Assembly (NCBI RefSeq): GCF_006345805.1
Contig: NC_042999.1
Coordinates: 150,722,001 to 150,786,000, forward strand
Direction of reading: 5' to 3'
DNA length: 64,000 bases
Source of the DNA: Octopus sinensis
Taxonomy: Eukaryota
The notes beneath the pieces are model-generated. The model ran no database searches. It was not told the origin of the DNA and saw only the letters and a program-made list of their open reading frames with translations. Within the stretch, counting starts at the first letter, position 1, and each line of letters opens with the position of its first letter. The position numbers and the translations under genes were made by a program. This document shows, one piece after another, positions 1-11,089 of this stretch.

Positions 1-179
1 AGTTTGCTCTGTCACATTATGAGGATGGTGGATTGGCAGAACGGTTAGAGTGTCGAACAAACTGCTTGACGGCATTTGCTCTGCATCTTTATGTTCTAAG
101 TTCAAATCGAGTCGAGGTTACCAATCCATATCAACATGCGATAGGCTTGTGCAGTACCCCTGAAACAGAGTTGCTTCTG

Positions 180-370
180 TTCGACCATCGGAAGTAAACT
201 AAGATCCAACCGCAACTTCAGTGATCAAAAGGTAACTGCGCTACTAATTCTAATGGTCCCAACCAGTATATGTATCAATATTTGCATATATCCAAGATAA
301 ACTGAAACCATAACAAGAGTTGAGATCAGGCGTAGTAGTGTAGTCTCAGATTGTGCGCCGCCATTAAGTT
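180..370. promoter_or_regulatory. Candidate promoter-like CpG-rich segment with ETS (CGGAAGT) and YY1-like (GCCGCCATT) motifs
   Basis: CGGAAGT at about 189-195 and CGCCGCCATT at about 355-364, in CpG-retaining sequence I cannot assign to a repeat. Motif presence only. Confidence 0.3.
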
Positions 371-449
371 TCCTCCCACCAGGGCGTCACATCCCTGTTT
401 TAAACACTTTTATTTCAATACATGCTTTTACAGCACACCCAAAAATGCC

Positions 450-841
450 TATTTCTTTACTACCCACAAGGGGCTAAACACAGTGAGGACAGACAAACGG
501 ATTAAGTCGATTATATCGACCCCAGTGCGTAACTGGTACTTATTTAATCAACCCCGAAAGGATGAAAGGCAAAGTCGACCTCGGCGAAATTTGAACTCAG
601 AACGTAGCGGCAGATGAAATACCTGTTTCTTTACTACCCACAAGGGGACAAACCAGGGCAGACAAACGGATTAAGTCGGTTATATCGACCCCAGTGCGTA
701 ATTGGTACTTATTCAATCGACCCCGAAAGGATGAAAGGCAAAGTCGACCTCGGCGGAATTTGAACTCAGAACGTAAAGACAGACGAAATACTGCTAAGCA
801 TTTCGCCCGGCATGCTAACGATTCTGCCAGCTCGCCGATTT
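450..841 (-). mobile_element. Tandem dimer of a tRNA-headed SINE with a Deu/Nin-like central domain, flanked by one 15-bp target-site duplication
   Basis: Two copies (450-621 5'-truncated, 624-838 full) contain gaaaggatgaaaggcaaagtcgacctcggcg; acacccaaaaatgcc occurs at 435-449 and 842-856. Confidence 0.85.
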
Positions 842-1158
842 ACACCCAAAAATGCCGCTTCCATAAAAACATTGTCCGGGGCGGACAGCTCCCTCGCCCC
901 ACCCCCACCTAACGCTACCGATTAGAAGCACAAGTTCGAAAGTTGTGGAGAGAAATGGTTGATTTAACTTCGATTCTTCGATGAAAGTACATCTATTTTT
1001 TGTTTGCAATTCATTCGTATTCCAAACAGTTTTTTAGGATGGTGAAGTAACAGAGATTCGTTTGAACGTTGGATATGTCTTGCAATATTTAATAACGATC
1101 GTTTGTGTTCTGATTAATCAAATTAGTAAGTGTATAGGAAAACATTTATTCTTATAAA

Positions 1159-1555
1159 TCTTTATATATAAAAGTAAGGTTGTGTGTCTGTCTCCTACGA
1201 TTTAGATTCCTAACTACTCCCACATTTTGCGGTGCAGTTTAACCAAAACCGTGTATCTTACAGTCGTGATTCATATCGAGCCCTTCTGGGTATTAGCGCG
1301 CGTCTACGATGAGTCTACGATTAAAAAAAAAATTACCATAATTTTTTTCCATTTTAATGCATTTTTTTCGCTATTATATAAGGGAAGTAACTCTCTAAAA
1401 ATGTCTACGATGAGTCAACGATTTAAAAAAAAATTTACCATCATTTTTTTCCATTTTTAATGCATTTTTTTGCTATTTTTTGGCTATAACTCTCTAAAAA
1501 TGCTTATATAGTTATTTCCCTTACAAACCCAAGCAACGCCGGGCGATACTGCTAG
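1159..1555 (+). mobile_element. Non-autonomous Helitron (about 397 bp)
   Basis: 5' TC start, 3' CTAG end, subterminal imperfect hairpin cccaagcaacgccggg, inserted between A (1158) and T (1556), no TSD; internal ~100-bp tandem duplication at about 1303-1500. Confidence 0.88.
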
Positions 1556-1859
1556 TTATTAATAAATCCTTAGCGTATTGGTACAGGACTCGAAATATGA
1601 TAAAAGTTGATTGATAATTGAATTGAACTAGTGTAGTACTAATATTTATCGAACTCACAAAATAGTAGTAAAGGGCAATAGCTTTGCTAATAGGGGATCA
1701 AGGGAAGAAACTGCTTTTCTCGAGCAATTTTTCGAAATTGGTGCCATTTCAACAATTTTTTAAAACTCTTTAGCTACTTATATCAGTAGTTGTACATTTC
1801 GTATTTAATAATATTGTGACTGAAACATGAAATTAATGACTGTAGAATACAGCTAATGA

Positions 1860-2208
1860 AATATTTCGCGTAATAGAAGAGAAATTGGTTTAAAATTGTT
1901 TGGTATGGGTCACGGCGCTTTTCTAATGTGTTCGCTGTCCCGAACTTTCGAATCCGGCTACGTCTCTGGGTGAGGGTGGGGCGCAAGTAATTTACTTTAC
2001 TGCAAAAATCTCGTTCACTCTTTTTTTGAGTATCACTCGAAGCAAACTGTCGCAGTGGAGAATGAAGCCTCGCACTCAAGTAAACGTTTGGAAATGTAGA
2101 CGAGAGAGTTGACGAGTGCACACTGAGTAAGTGCTGTGAAGACGATAGTAAAGCTCCTACAACATATGTTCGAATCCACGTCGGTCAATTTTCCGTCATT
2201 CACTCCTC
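1860..2208 (+). promoter_or_regulatory. Candidate CpG-rich promoter or first exon ending at a GTAAGT donor (2209; alternative donor 2127)
   Basis: CpG-rich unique sequence; ATG at 2166 opens MFESTSVNFPSFTP before a phase-1 GTAAGT; in-frame TGA at 2124-2126 upstream. No protein homology recognised. Confidence 0.3.
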
Positions 2209-2669
2209 GTAAGTTCCAGATGTACTCCAATAATTTGGAGAAAAGTATGAGCTCTATCATACCATCTTGATCTTTTAATCTGTAACATCAATATGAAGCT
2301 TTTCTCGGTTGATCCAACGGCGCATTAAAGATTAAGGAGCGTTATATTTCCATGTCACCTCCTTTAACTGATAGCGTTTATCCGAGTGATTAAGATTTAA
2401 AAATAAATATACCTATAATCTAGATGAAGTGGGAGGACAGAAACTGCTCCTTCGCCTCGAATTATTTCCCAAACGATTACATTTTAAGCCATCTTTTTAT
2501 CTTTTCGCTGTCTTCCTCTCTAAGATTTGCTTCGGGCTGTGATTGTGAATGAGGCGTGTATAGGGGGAAGAAAGAGTTAGTCATATACTTTTGTCGTTTA
2601 AAGCATCGCTCGGAGCGAAAACCAACTTCTTTTGCCTTGCTTTTGTGTTTTCTTAATTTTTTTCCATAT

Positions 2670-2850
2670 CGTTATCTTCATCACCACCGCCATCATCATC
2701 ATTGTCGTCATCATCATCGTCATTGTCGTCTTGGGTCATCAACATCATCATTATCATCACTATCATCGTCATCGCCGTCATCATCTCCATCACCGCCGTC
2801 GTCGTATTGTCGTCATTATTGTCCCCATCTCCACCACCATAACGAATCTT
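2670..2850. repeat. (CAT/CGT/CAC)n trinucleotide low-complexity tract
   Basis: Runs of catcatcat, cgtcgtcgt and caccac. Confidence 0.85.
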
Positions 2851-3657
2851 AATATTGTCTCTTGATCCATCTCCCTTCCTTAAGTGCACATCGCTTAGAA
2901 ATAATTTCCTTCAAACGTCCGTCGGATTTTTGCCAGATGTTCTTACTTTCTCTGTCGTTGATGGTAGTTGTGTTTAATTTCTGCAGATCTTTTTTGATTA
3001 TTTAAAATCAGGACTTAAACATTTCGCCACTTCTCCAACCTGCCGCTCCAAATACATTTTTTTTTTTTTTGGTCCCTCGAGAATGGAGACGTTTTAGAAA
3101 GCTTTGTATATATGTCAAACATCGAATGATCTATTTGTTTCTCAAAGGACCGTCCATACCAGTACATCGGCCGTTTCTGAATTAATGTCTGAAACGACTT
3201 CAGGGATTCTGCGTTTAGAATTTACAGAATTATTGCTTGAAATTGGAAAAAGACAAAACAAAAAGAAAACCGAAATATTTTTCACGATCGACATCATCAT
3301 CGTCGTCATCATCAGTATTATCATCGTCGCCGCGTCACCAGCATCACTATTCAAACATCTTCACTATCAATAATATCATTGTCATCAACACCGCTGCAAT
3401 TATGTCTTTCAATCCGACCACCCTCTCCTTAGCACCACCACCACCACTATTACTACAAGCATAGCTTCCGCTGCTGCCGCCGCCGCCACATGCTGTCACC
3501 GCAATCTGTCAGTGCGGGAGCGTTACATTGTCGCTCGAAATAGCAGTCAAATATCTCTCAAATCACACGCTGTTTTGAAAAGAGGGAGATCAGAAAAAGA
3601 GGGGATGGGCAAAGTTGGAATGCTTTTATAGATAAGTCTGCTCAATCAGGCTCGACA

Positions 3658-3948
3658 CATGAGACCCACCACCACCACCACCACATGAGACCCACCACCA
3701 CCACCACCACCACATGAGACCCACCACCACCACCACCACATGAGACCCACCACCACCACCACCACATGAGACCCACCACCACCACCACCACATGAGACCC
3801 ACCACCACCACCACCACATGAGACCCACCACCACCACCACCACCACATGAGACCCACCACCACCACCACCACATGAGACCCACCACCACCACCACCACAT
3901 GAGACCCACCACCACCACCACCACATGAGACCCACCACCACCACCACC
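3658..3948. repeat. Minisatellite, unit catgagaccc(acc)n, 26-29 bp, 11 copies
   Basis: catgagacc recurs at about 3658, 3684, 3713, 3739, 3765, 3791, 3817, 3846, 3872, 3898 and 3924. Confidence 0.95.
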
Positions 3949-4655
3949 GTCAACACAGTAATTATCTTCTTTACCACATCAGCAGCAGCATCACGACGAC
4001 GATGACGTCCATCACCACCACCACTACTGCTATTACAATAATTACTATTTTCTCCACCTCCACCTTCATCACCATTATCAGCAGCACACACCCCCACCAT
4101 CACCATCACCATTACCAATCCATATGCTACCTGTCTCTGTCACTACTTCACTCACCTCCCTTCCTCCCTCTTGTCTCTTTTGTTAGTTCTGGTCTTCCTT
4201 ATGTGCTTGCATATCATATCATATTGTAGTGAAACACAATAACTAAAGAGGCCCTGTGTGGCTCGTGGTGGGGGCGGGGTAAACTAATGTATGTGTATGT
4301 GACTCCTCCCCCCACTTCTACGTCACACTTTGCCTCTAACTTTTATTTTTGTAGTTGTCACTGCTATTGTTAGCAATGTTTAATTTCCTTGTCTAACCTC
4401 TCTGGCTACCGCTTCGCTTCGTCTTCGCCACCCCCTCGTCACTCCTCTTAGCCCCGATCTCACCCCACCCTCTTTCTTCTGGGGGTCCAACACTGTCACT
4501 ATAGATATTATACTCCTTCACCCCATCACACCCACGTTACATACAAATACGAGGGGGGAGGGAGGGGGAGAAAAGAGGATTACTTTTATCCTCATTTTCT
4601 TATTTTTCAAGAGCATCCCTCCCTCCTGTATACACCCCCCCACACACACACATCC

Positions 4656-4945
4656 TTTTCTACTCTAGGCTTAAGGCCAGAAATTTTTGGGGAGCGACCT
4701 AGTACGCAACTGGTACTTAATTTATCGACCATGAAACGATGAAAGGCACAGTCGACCTCCGTGGAATTTGAACTCAGAATGTAAAGACAGACGAAATACC
4801 GCTATCCATCCACCAAATCCACCCACAAGTCATTGTTCATTCCGGTGACTTAAGTAGAAGACACTTACCCAAGGTGGCACACTGAGAGACTGAACTTGAA
4901 ACTATGTGGTTGAGAAGCAAACTTCTTAACCACTCAGCCATGGTT
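4656..4945 (-). mobile_element. Adjacent SINE fragments: Deu/Nin-type (4656-4804) and tRNA/CORE-type head (4808-4945)
   Basis: Match to the two families repeated throughout the window. Confidence 0.75.
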
Positions 4946-4967
4946 GTACTACACACACACACACACA

Positions 4968-5164
4968 CTCATAGCTTAGTTTTTCCTTGGGGCTGGCCGG
5001 ATCGGAGCAATCTCAAGATTAATCAGCCGAAATTGCTAGGATGATCCGGTTCTTGACTGAAGATTGAAGGCTTCGAATGTCCCGTCCGTGTTTTTTGTAT
5101 CGTCTTCTCAATGTTTTACATTCTTGTCCCAGTTTGTATTTTTCTACATATAATATATATATAT

Positions 5165-5221
<57 letters not shown>

Positions 5222-5406
5222 GGTATGTAGAAAAATACAACATGGACAAGAACGTATAACTCTTAGAAGACGATACAATAAACATGGACAGGACATTCGA
5301 ACCCCTCAGTCTTCAGTCAAGAACCGGATCATCGTAGTAATTTCGGCTGATTAATCTTGAGATTACTAGATCACGGCCAGCCCTCCAAGAAAAACTAAGC
5401 AACGAG
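4968..5406. repeat. Long imperfect inverted repeat: arms 4968-5150 and 5224-5406 around a (TA)n spacer
   Basis: gcttagtttttcc...tttttctacata is the reverse complement of tatgtagaaaaa...aaaaactaagc, roughly 85% identical by eye. Confidence 0.92.
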
Positions 5407-6174
5407 CATTAGAAAAACTAAGCTGGAAGCGTAGATTTCCTGGAAGAAGGATCGAATGCATACGAACACCAGGACAGCAAAAGGGACAGATATAAAAAAA
5501 ACAAAAAAACAAAAAACAATAATGGAATACAGAAACATGAAATACAGAAGCATTAACGGTGAAAACAACAAGTGTCTTACGACTGATAACAAGCAAACAA
5601 ATTTTTTCTCTGGCGCATTGGAAAAAGCCTTTATAGCGGCGGACGAGAAACAACGATGTTAACACGACGAGGGTCAGGAGCTGAAAGGCAGATTTCGGCC
5701 AACAGTCACGTGACAGAGAAGAGGGAAAAGAAAAGAAAGAGAAGCAAAGGAAGAGAGAGAGAGAAAGGGGAACAAAACGCAACAAAGAGAGAGAAAGAAG
5801 GAATCAGAGAGGAGAATGGATGGGTGTCGAAGAATGACCTGTGAGTGCAGAGCGAGACAAAGAAATAGGAGGGTAGTGGAAGACTAGACCAAAGGATCAG
5901 AGGAAAGAGAAGATGAATAGAGAGAAAAGAGAGAGAGAGAGAGGGGGACAGATCAAGTAAAAATGAGAGAGAGAGAGAGACAAACAGAGAGTCGTACCAA
6001 TTATTAAGAATATGTGTTCACATTAATGATAAAGGGGGTACGGGGCCCTGGAATATATGTTAAGGTATGTAGAAAAATACAACATGGACAAGAACGTATA
6101 ACTCTTAGAAGACGATACAATAAACATGGACAGGACATTCGAACCCCTCAGTCTTCAGTCAAGAACCGGATCAT
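5218..6174. mobile_element. 842-bp unit bounded by an identical 115-bp direct repeat (5218-5332 = 6060-6174); probable non-autonomous Penelope-like or LTR-like element
   Basis: Exact direct repeat ttaaggtatgtag...gaaccggatcat; both outer ends abut (TA)n; non-coding interior with an AG-rich tract. The class assignment is inference from architecture. Confidence 0.55.
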
Positions 6175-6756
6175 ATATATATATATATAATGAATAATAT
6201 ATATATTTTGTTTTGGATTTGGTTTGCCAGATTGATTATGTGAGTTCGTGTGTCGAAGCATATTCTGTTGGGTCTGGGGAAAGTCATTGTCTTTTAGTGC
6301 CTAGAAAAATAAAGAAGGAAATGAGTGGAAATTTTACCAGTGTGTGTGTTAATTTATCAGGCGCTAAAAGAGAATGACTCTCCCCAGACACAATAAAATA
6401 TAATACACACACACACACACACACAGGTCTACATCAAGTGTCTGGAGGAGGTAGTGCTGCCCTGAGTCAAGAGGGTGGCTCCTGGCAACAGGACCTAGCA
6501 CTGTACCACACAAGCAGCACTATGTCACACAAGTCTTGCCAAAACCAGTGACCCAACACCATTGCTGGTGATATTACTTATTATGTTACCATTTCACAGA
6601 ACCAATACTGCCATCACGGTTACTATAACCACCTTTATCCACCTCATCATGTTTTTGCCAAACTCCCAGTTCTCCAGTAACATCATCATCATCACAGTCT
6701 CCTACACCATCAGGTCAATATCACTATCACCACCATCACCATCACAGTACTATTCT

Positions 6757-7097
6757 TTTCTACTCTAGGCACATGGCCCGAAATTTTTAGGGAGGAGGCC
6801 AGTTGATTAGATCGACCCTAGTATGCAACTGGTACATAATTTATCGACCCCTAAAGGATGAAAGGCAAAGTCGACCTCAGCGGAAAAATTTTCTTTTCTA
6901 CTCTAGGTACAAGGCTTGAAATTTTGGGGGAGGGGGTCCAGTCGATTAGATTGACCCTAGTATGCAACTGGTACATAATTTATTGACCCCAAAAGGATGA
7001 AAGGGAAAGTCAACCATGGCAGAATTTGAACTCACATACAAAATATTGCTAAGCATTTCGCCTGGCGTGCTAACGCTTCTGCCAGTTTGCCGCCTTA
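6757..7097 (-). mobile_element. Tandem pair of Deu/Nin-type SINEs (6757-6886 truncated, 6890-7097 full)
   Basis: Both carry the tctactctagg...tcgaccc tail and the gatgaaaggcaaagtc core. Confidence 0.85.
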
Positions 7098-7344
7098 CCA
7101 TCTCAGCATTATTACAATATGACAACTATAATGATGACGACAACCACCACCACCACCACCACCACCATGTCTTCAGTGTTATGAGGTACCGACATCACCA
7201 AGCACAACTGATTCTTTACCATCACCGCCACTACCACTGCCACCACTATCACCAGCTCAGTATGGTAATGAGGTTGCATGTTATCCGTGTTTGTCTTTCC
7301 TGAAGGAGAATACTTACTACACACAAACACATACATGCACATAT

Positions 7345-7380
<36 letters not shown>

Positions 7381-7790
7381 TCACGTACATGTAAATGAAG
7401 TGAAGTGAAGTGAAATAGCAAGGACCACAGTATGGTGGTGGTGATGGGTAGAGATGAGTGTGTCTCTGGTAGGGTGAGGGTGGTGGTGGTGGTGGTATTG
7501 AAACCAGGTCATGAACTTGGTTTACAGGAACTTACATATTTCTGCTCCTGACAATGCCTAACATCACTGCATCACCACCTCCACCTCCACCACCACCACC
7601 TCCACCACCACCGCCACCACCACCACATTCTACTATTACTACTGCTGCTACTGCTGTGCCAACAGCACAGGCAGGACATATATGAGTGACACAAGAGAGA
7701 ACAAACTACATGAAGTTCTACAAACAAGATACATCAAGGACATTGTTGTTTTATTTGACATGGGCAAGCCCCCCCCCCCCCGGTAGCTGG

Positions 7791-7830
<40 letters not shown>

Positions 7831-8221
7831 GCTATTAATGTCCGGAGTTCTCGGACTCATTGGGTCAGTCCCCCACTTTCCATGGTCTATAAATGACTGA
7901 AATCACGGTACCCCCTCTCTCCTCAAACTGGACACCAGTACATTGCAAGGTTTCTTGTTTACAACTGCAGGGACTGGAGCAACACGAAATGAGGTGTTTT
8001 GCTTAAAAACATGCATCACCTGCTCTGGGAATTGAAACAATAATCTTGCAATTATGAGTGCAGTGTCCTAACCATCAGACCACAGGCCTTCACCCCTTTC
8101 CTTAAAATTGCCGGTTTTGTACCTAATTCAGAAAGTATTTTTTTTATAAGGCAGGTTCTTAGTTTATTCCTATTTTCTTAAATCTGGTTTTACTTACACA
8201 CACATGCAACTACATTACACA

Positions 8222-8642
8222 GATGTGTGTGTGTGTATATATTTGTATGTGTGTTTGTATGTGTGTGGCTTCTGTGTGTGTGTATTTATATATGTTTGTA
8301 TGTGCGTGTGTGTGTGTATTTATATATGTTTGTATGTGTGTGTGTGTGTATTTATGTTTGTGTGTGTGTGTGTATTTATGTTTGTGTGTGTGTGTGTATT
8401 TATATATGTTTGTATGTGTGTGTATTTATATATGTTTGTATGTGTGTGTGTTTGTGTATTTATATATGTTTGTATGTGTGTGTGTTTGTGTATTTATATA
8501 TGTTTGTATGTGTGTGTGTTTATATGTTTGTTTGTATGTGTGTGTGTGTGTATTTATATGTTTGTATGTGTGTGTGTGTATTTATATATGTTTGTATGTG
8601 TGTGTGTGTATTTATATATGTTTGTATGTGTGTGTGTTTGTA
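8222..8642. repeat. Compound (TG)n/TA minisatellite, unit about tgtatttatatatgtttgtatgtgtgtg
   Basis: Direct reading; accounts for the three Cys/Val/Tyr pseudo-ORFs. Confidence 0.95.
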
Positions 8643-9316
8643 GAATAAAGGCACACATTATTAAGGTATTAGAAGATGGATCTATTGACATTTAAGTAGA
8701 CCCTGTCCCCTGCCTTTTTCAATCCTTTATCTCCCTATATTTGCATTACTGTGGTTTTATTATTGTATAGCTTGTTCTAATTATTTGTTCCTCTTTATGT
8801 TACTCTCTTCAGCTTTAAGTGTGATACAATAAACTTCATATTATTGTTGTGTGATTGAAAAGGGGCATTAATATAGAAATACTGACACAGTACTAGTTGC
8901 AGAATTGATAGAGTACCAAGGTTAACAGGTTTACAAGGCCTGACCTGGAGTAGATTAAATTATTGGCAACATTTGCTGTTCATAAATTGCAAGTTCATAA
9001 ATTGCAAGTTCAAATTTATTGTAGTCTTTCATTGTTTTGTAGTAAAACATTGTATTCATTGCCTACAGCTAAGCCAACAATACTAATGCTTTTCTCTCTT
9101 CTTAACTGAAAGACAAGGCATCTGACCTCTTCATTCATTGCCCATACCTAGGGCAACAATGCCTTCATCTCTTTTTTATTTTACTCTGTTTAAAATCAAG
9201 ATGCCTTCTCACAGGTAGATCAACAACACTTTATACCTTTTTCTATTTTCATTGAAATCTAAGAATCTGAAATGGTATGGACTTTCTATTCCTCATGACT
9301 ATCCAACTTATATTAA

Positions 9317-9412
9317 CCCTTTAGCATTTAAACCAACCATATCCAGCCCAAATATTCTACCTTTTTTATGTTCAAACCAGCCAGATCCAGCCTCTTACAC
9401 CTACCCTACAAT
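9317..9412. mobile_element. Partial TTAA-type (piggyBac-like) MITE, family A
   Basis: ttaa+ccctttagcatttaaacc terminus shared with 19078-19299 and 52237. Confidence 0.7.
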
Positions 9413-9414
9413 GA

Positions 9415-9765
9415 TAGGAGTGGCTGTGTGGTATGTAGCTTGCTTATGAACCACATGGTTCCGGGTTCAGTCCCACTGCGTGACACCTTGGGCAAGTGTC
9501 TTCTACTATAGCCTCGGGCCCACCAAAGCCTTGTGAGTGGATTTGGTAGACAGAAACTGAAAGAAGCCCATCGTATATATGTATAGATCAGTAGCCACTA
9601 CACACACTTTTTTCTCTCCTTGTTTTTTTTTTCTGTGTCCCTTTCTGTAGAAGAGCGTATACTCGAAACATAAAAGACTTTTTCAATTCCTGAACGTTAT
9701 ACTAATACATCTGTTTGTTTTGTACACCACCTGTCTTTGTCTTCTGTTGCTTTCGTGAACTCTCC

Positions 9766-9827
<62 letters not shown>

Positions 9828-10015
9828 TTGTCCCCCCCCCCCCAACATCGCTTGACAATCGATGCTGGTGTGTTTACGTCCCTGTTCGGCAAAAGAGTCT
9901 GATAGAATAAGTACTAGGCTTACAAAAAATAAGTCCTGGGGTCGATTTACTCAACTAAAGGGCGGTGCTCCAGCATGACCACAGTCAAATGACTGAAACA
10001 AGTAAAAGAGTAGAA
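9415..10015 (+). mobile_element. tRNA-headed CORE-like SINE with a central microsatellite, interrupted by a Penelope-like terminal fragment (about 9590-9765)
   Basis: Head aggagtggctgtgtggt...ccttgggcaagtgtcttct and tail ...gaaacaagtaaaagag match many other copies in the window. Confidence 0.85.
9641..9676 (+). ncRNA. Degenerate minimal hammerhead-ribozyme-like motif (Penelope pseudo-LTR type)
   Basis: cttt-CTGTAGA-a-gag(cgtata)ctc-GAAAC-ATA-aaag: stem I cttt/aaag and stem II gag/ctc; the core deviates from CUGANGA and GUH. Confidence 0.5.
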
Positions 10016-10532
10016 GAGTCACATCATCAAAATTCCAAAGCTAGGAGATGATGTATGATTAATACAATGTGAATGATTAAGCATTATGTTTGACAGCCTA
10101 ATCTGAATGATGAAGGGTCAGACATTCAACAAACTTTTCTTTCAAATTTCAAGTTTCTTATTGATGCACTTTCTTCAAGTCCAATATTTGACCATTATTC
10201 TTATGTATAGTTAACCATCAAACTTCTGGTAGAAGGTTTGGTCACGAAAGTTCCAGCAATTATTTTAGTTTTGTTACCGTCTCTATGCTATTGATGGTGT
10301 GGTGTTCCTGTGGTCATTCTACAGTCTATGATGCTGCTCATCATTTCAAGACATCCTGGAAACAGTAAACAGAAAATAATTTTTCTTGCTGCAGTCAACA
10401 AAATAATGAAACACCCACTAGTTATGTAGTATGTTTTTGGTTTGTAGTAATGAAATGTACCTACCAAACCATGCTGCCGTTGTAGTATGTTCTGCAGTGT
10501 GACAACATGATGAGGTTTGTCAAGGCAGTGAA

Positions 10533-10740
10533 CTGGCAGAATCGTTAGCACATCAGACAAGATGCTTAGTGGCATTTCATCTGTGGTTATGCTCTGAGTT
10601 CAAATCCTACCAAGGTCAATTATGCCTTTCATCCCTTCTGAGGTCAATAAAGCAGATACCAGTTGAGCCCTGGAGTCAATGCAGTCGACTTACCCCTCCC
10701 GTGAAATTGCTGGCCTTATGCCAAAATATGAGACCAATAT
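10533..10740 (+). mobile_element. Deu/Nin-type SINE
   Basis: ctggcagaatcgttagca head and gcctttcatcccttctgaggtcaataaa core. Confidence 0.8.
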
Positions 10741-10838
10741 GATGAGATTTGTCTTCCTCACAAGTTATAACCACAGAACTCATTATACCAAACCAATACA
10801 ACAACACTTGTCAGCTTTACTACATTTCTTGTCTTTAA

Positions 10839-11058
10839 CCCTTTCATTACTGTATTTATTTTGAGATGCTCTGTTTCGTTCAATTAATTTTAAATGCAAC
10901 AAAGAATTTAGTAAAATAACTTAGTTACCCTTAAGCTAGTGTTAGGAACATAAACTGTGACTAAGGTTTGGTGGAAGATTTTAATTCAAAACTTACGAAA
11001 ACAAGACATTTGTACCACAGAACCTGAAGTGGTTTCAGCCAGGTTGGGATCAAAAGGG
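10839..11058. mobile_element. TTAA-flanked MITE, family B, copy 1
   Basis: TTAA at 10835-10838 and 11059-11062; CCCTTT...AAAGGG termini. Confidence 0.85.
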
Positions 11059-11089
11059 TTAAGAATCGTTTCTCTGTTATATATTTTAA

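Noticed and set aside
3626-4118. Gly/Val/Trp-repeat ORFs
   Set aside because: Translation of the catgagaccc(acc)n minisatellite.
5045-5075. CTGAAGA...CGAATGTC in the inverted-repeat arms as a third hammerhead
   Set aside because: GAAA is GAAT, there is no stem III, and I cannot form stem I in either arm.
10288-10370. Minus-strand acceptor-like site followed by CLEMMSSIIDCRMTTGTPHHQ*
   Set aside because: Short, unrecognised and isolated; no other minus-strand exons found.
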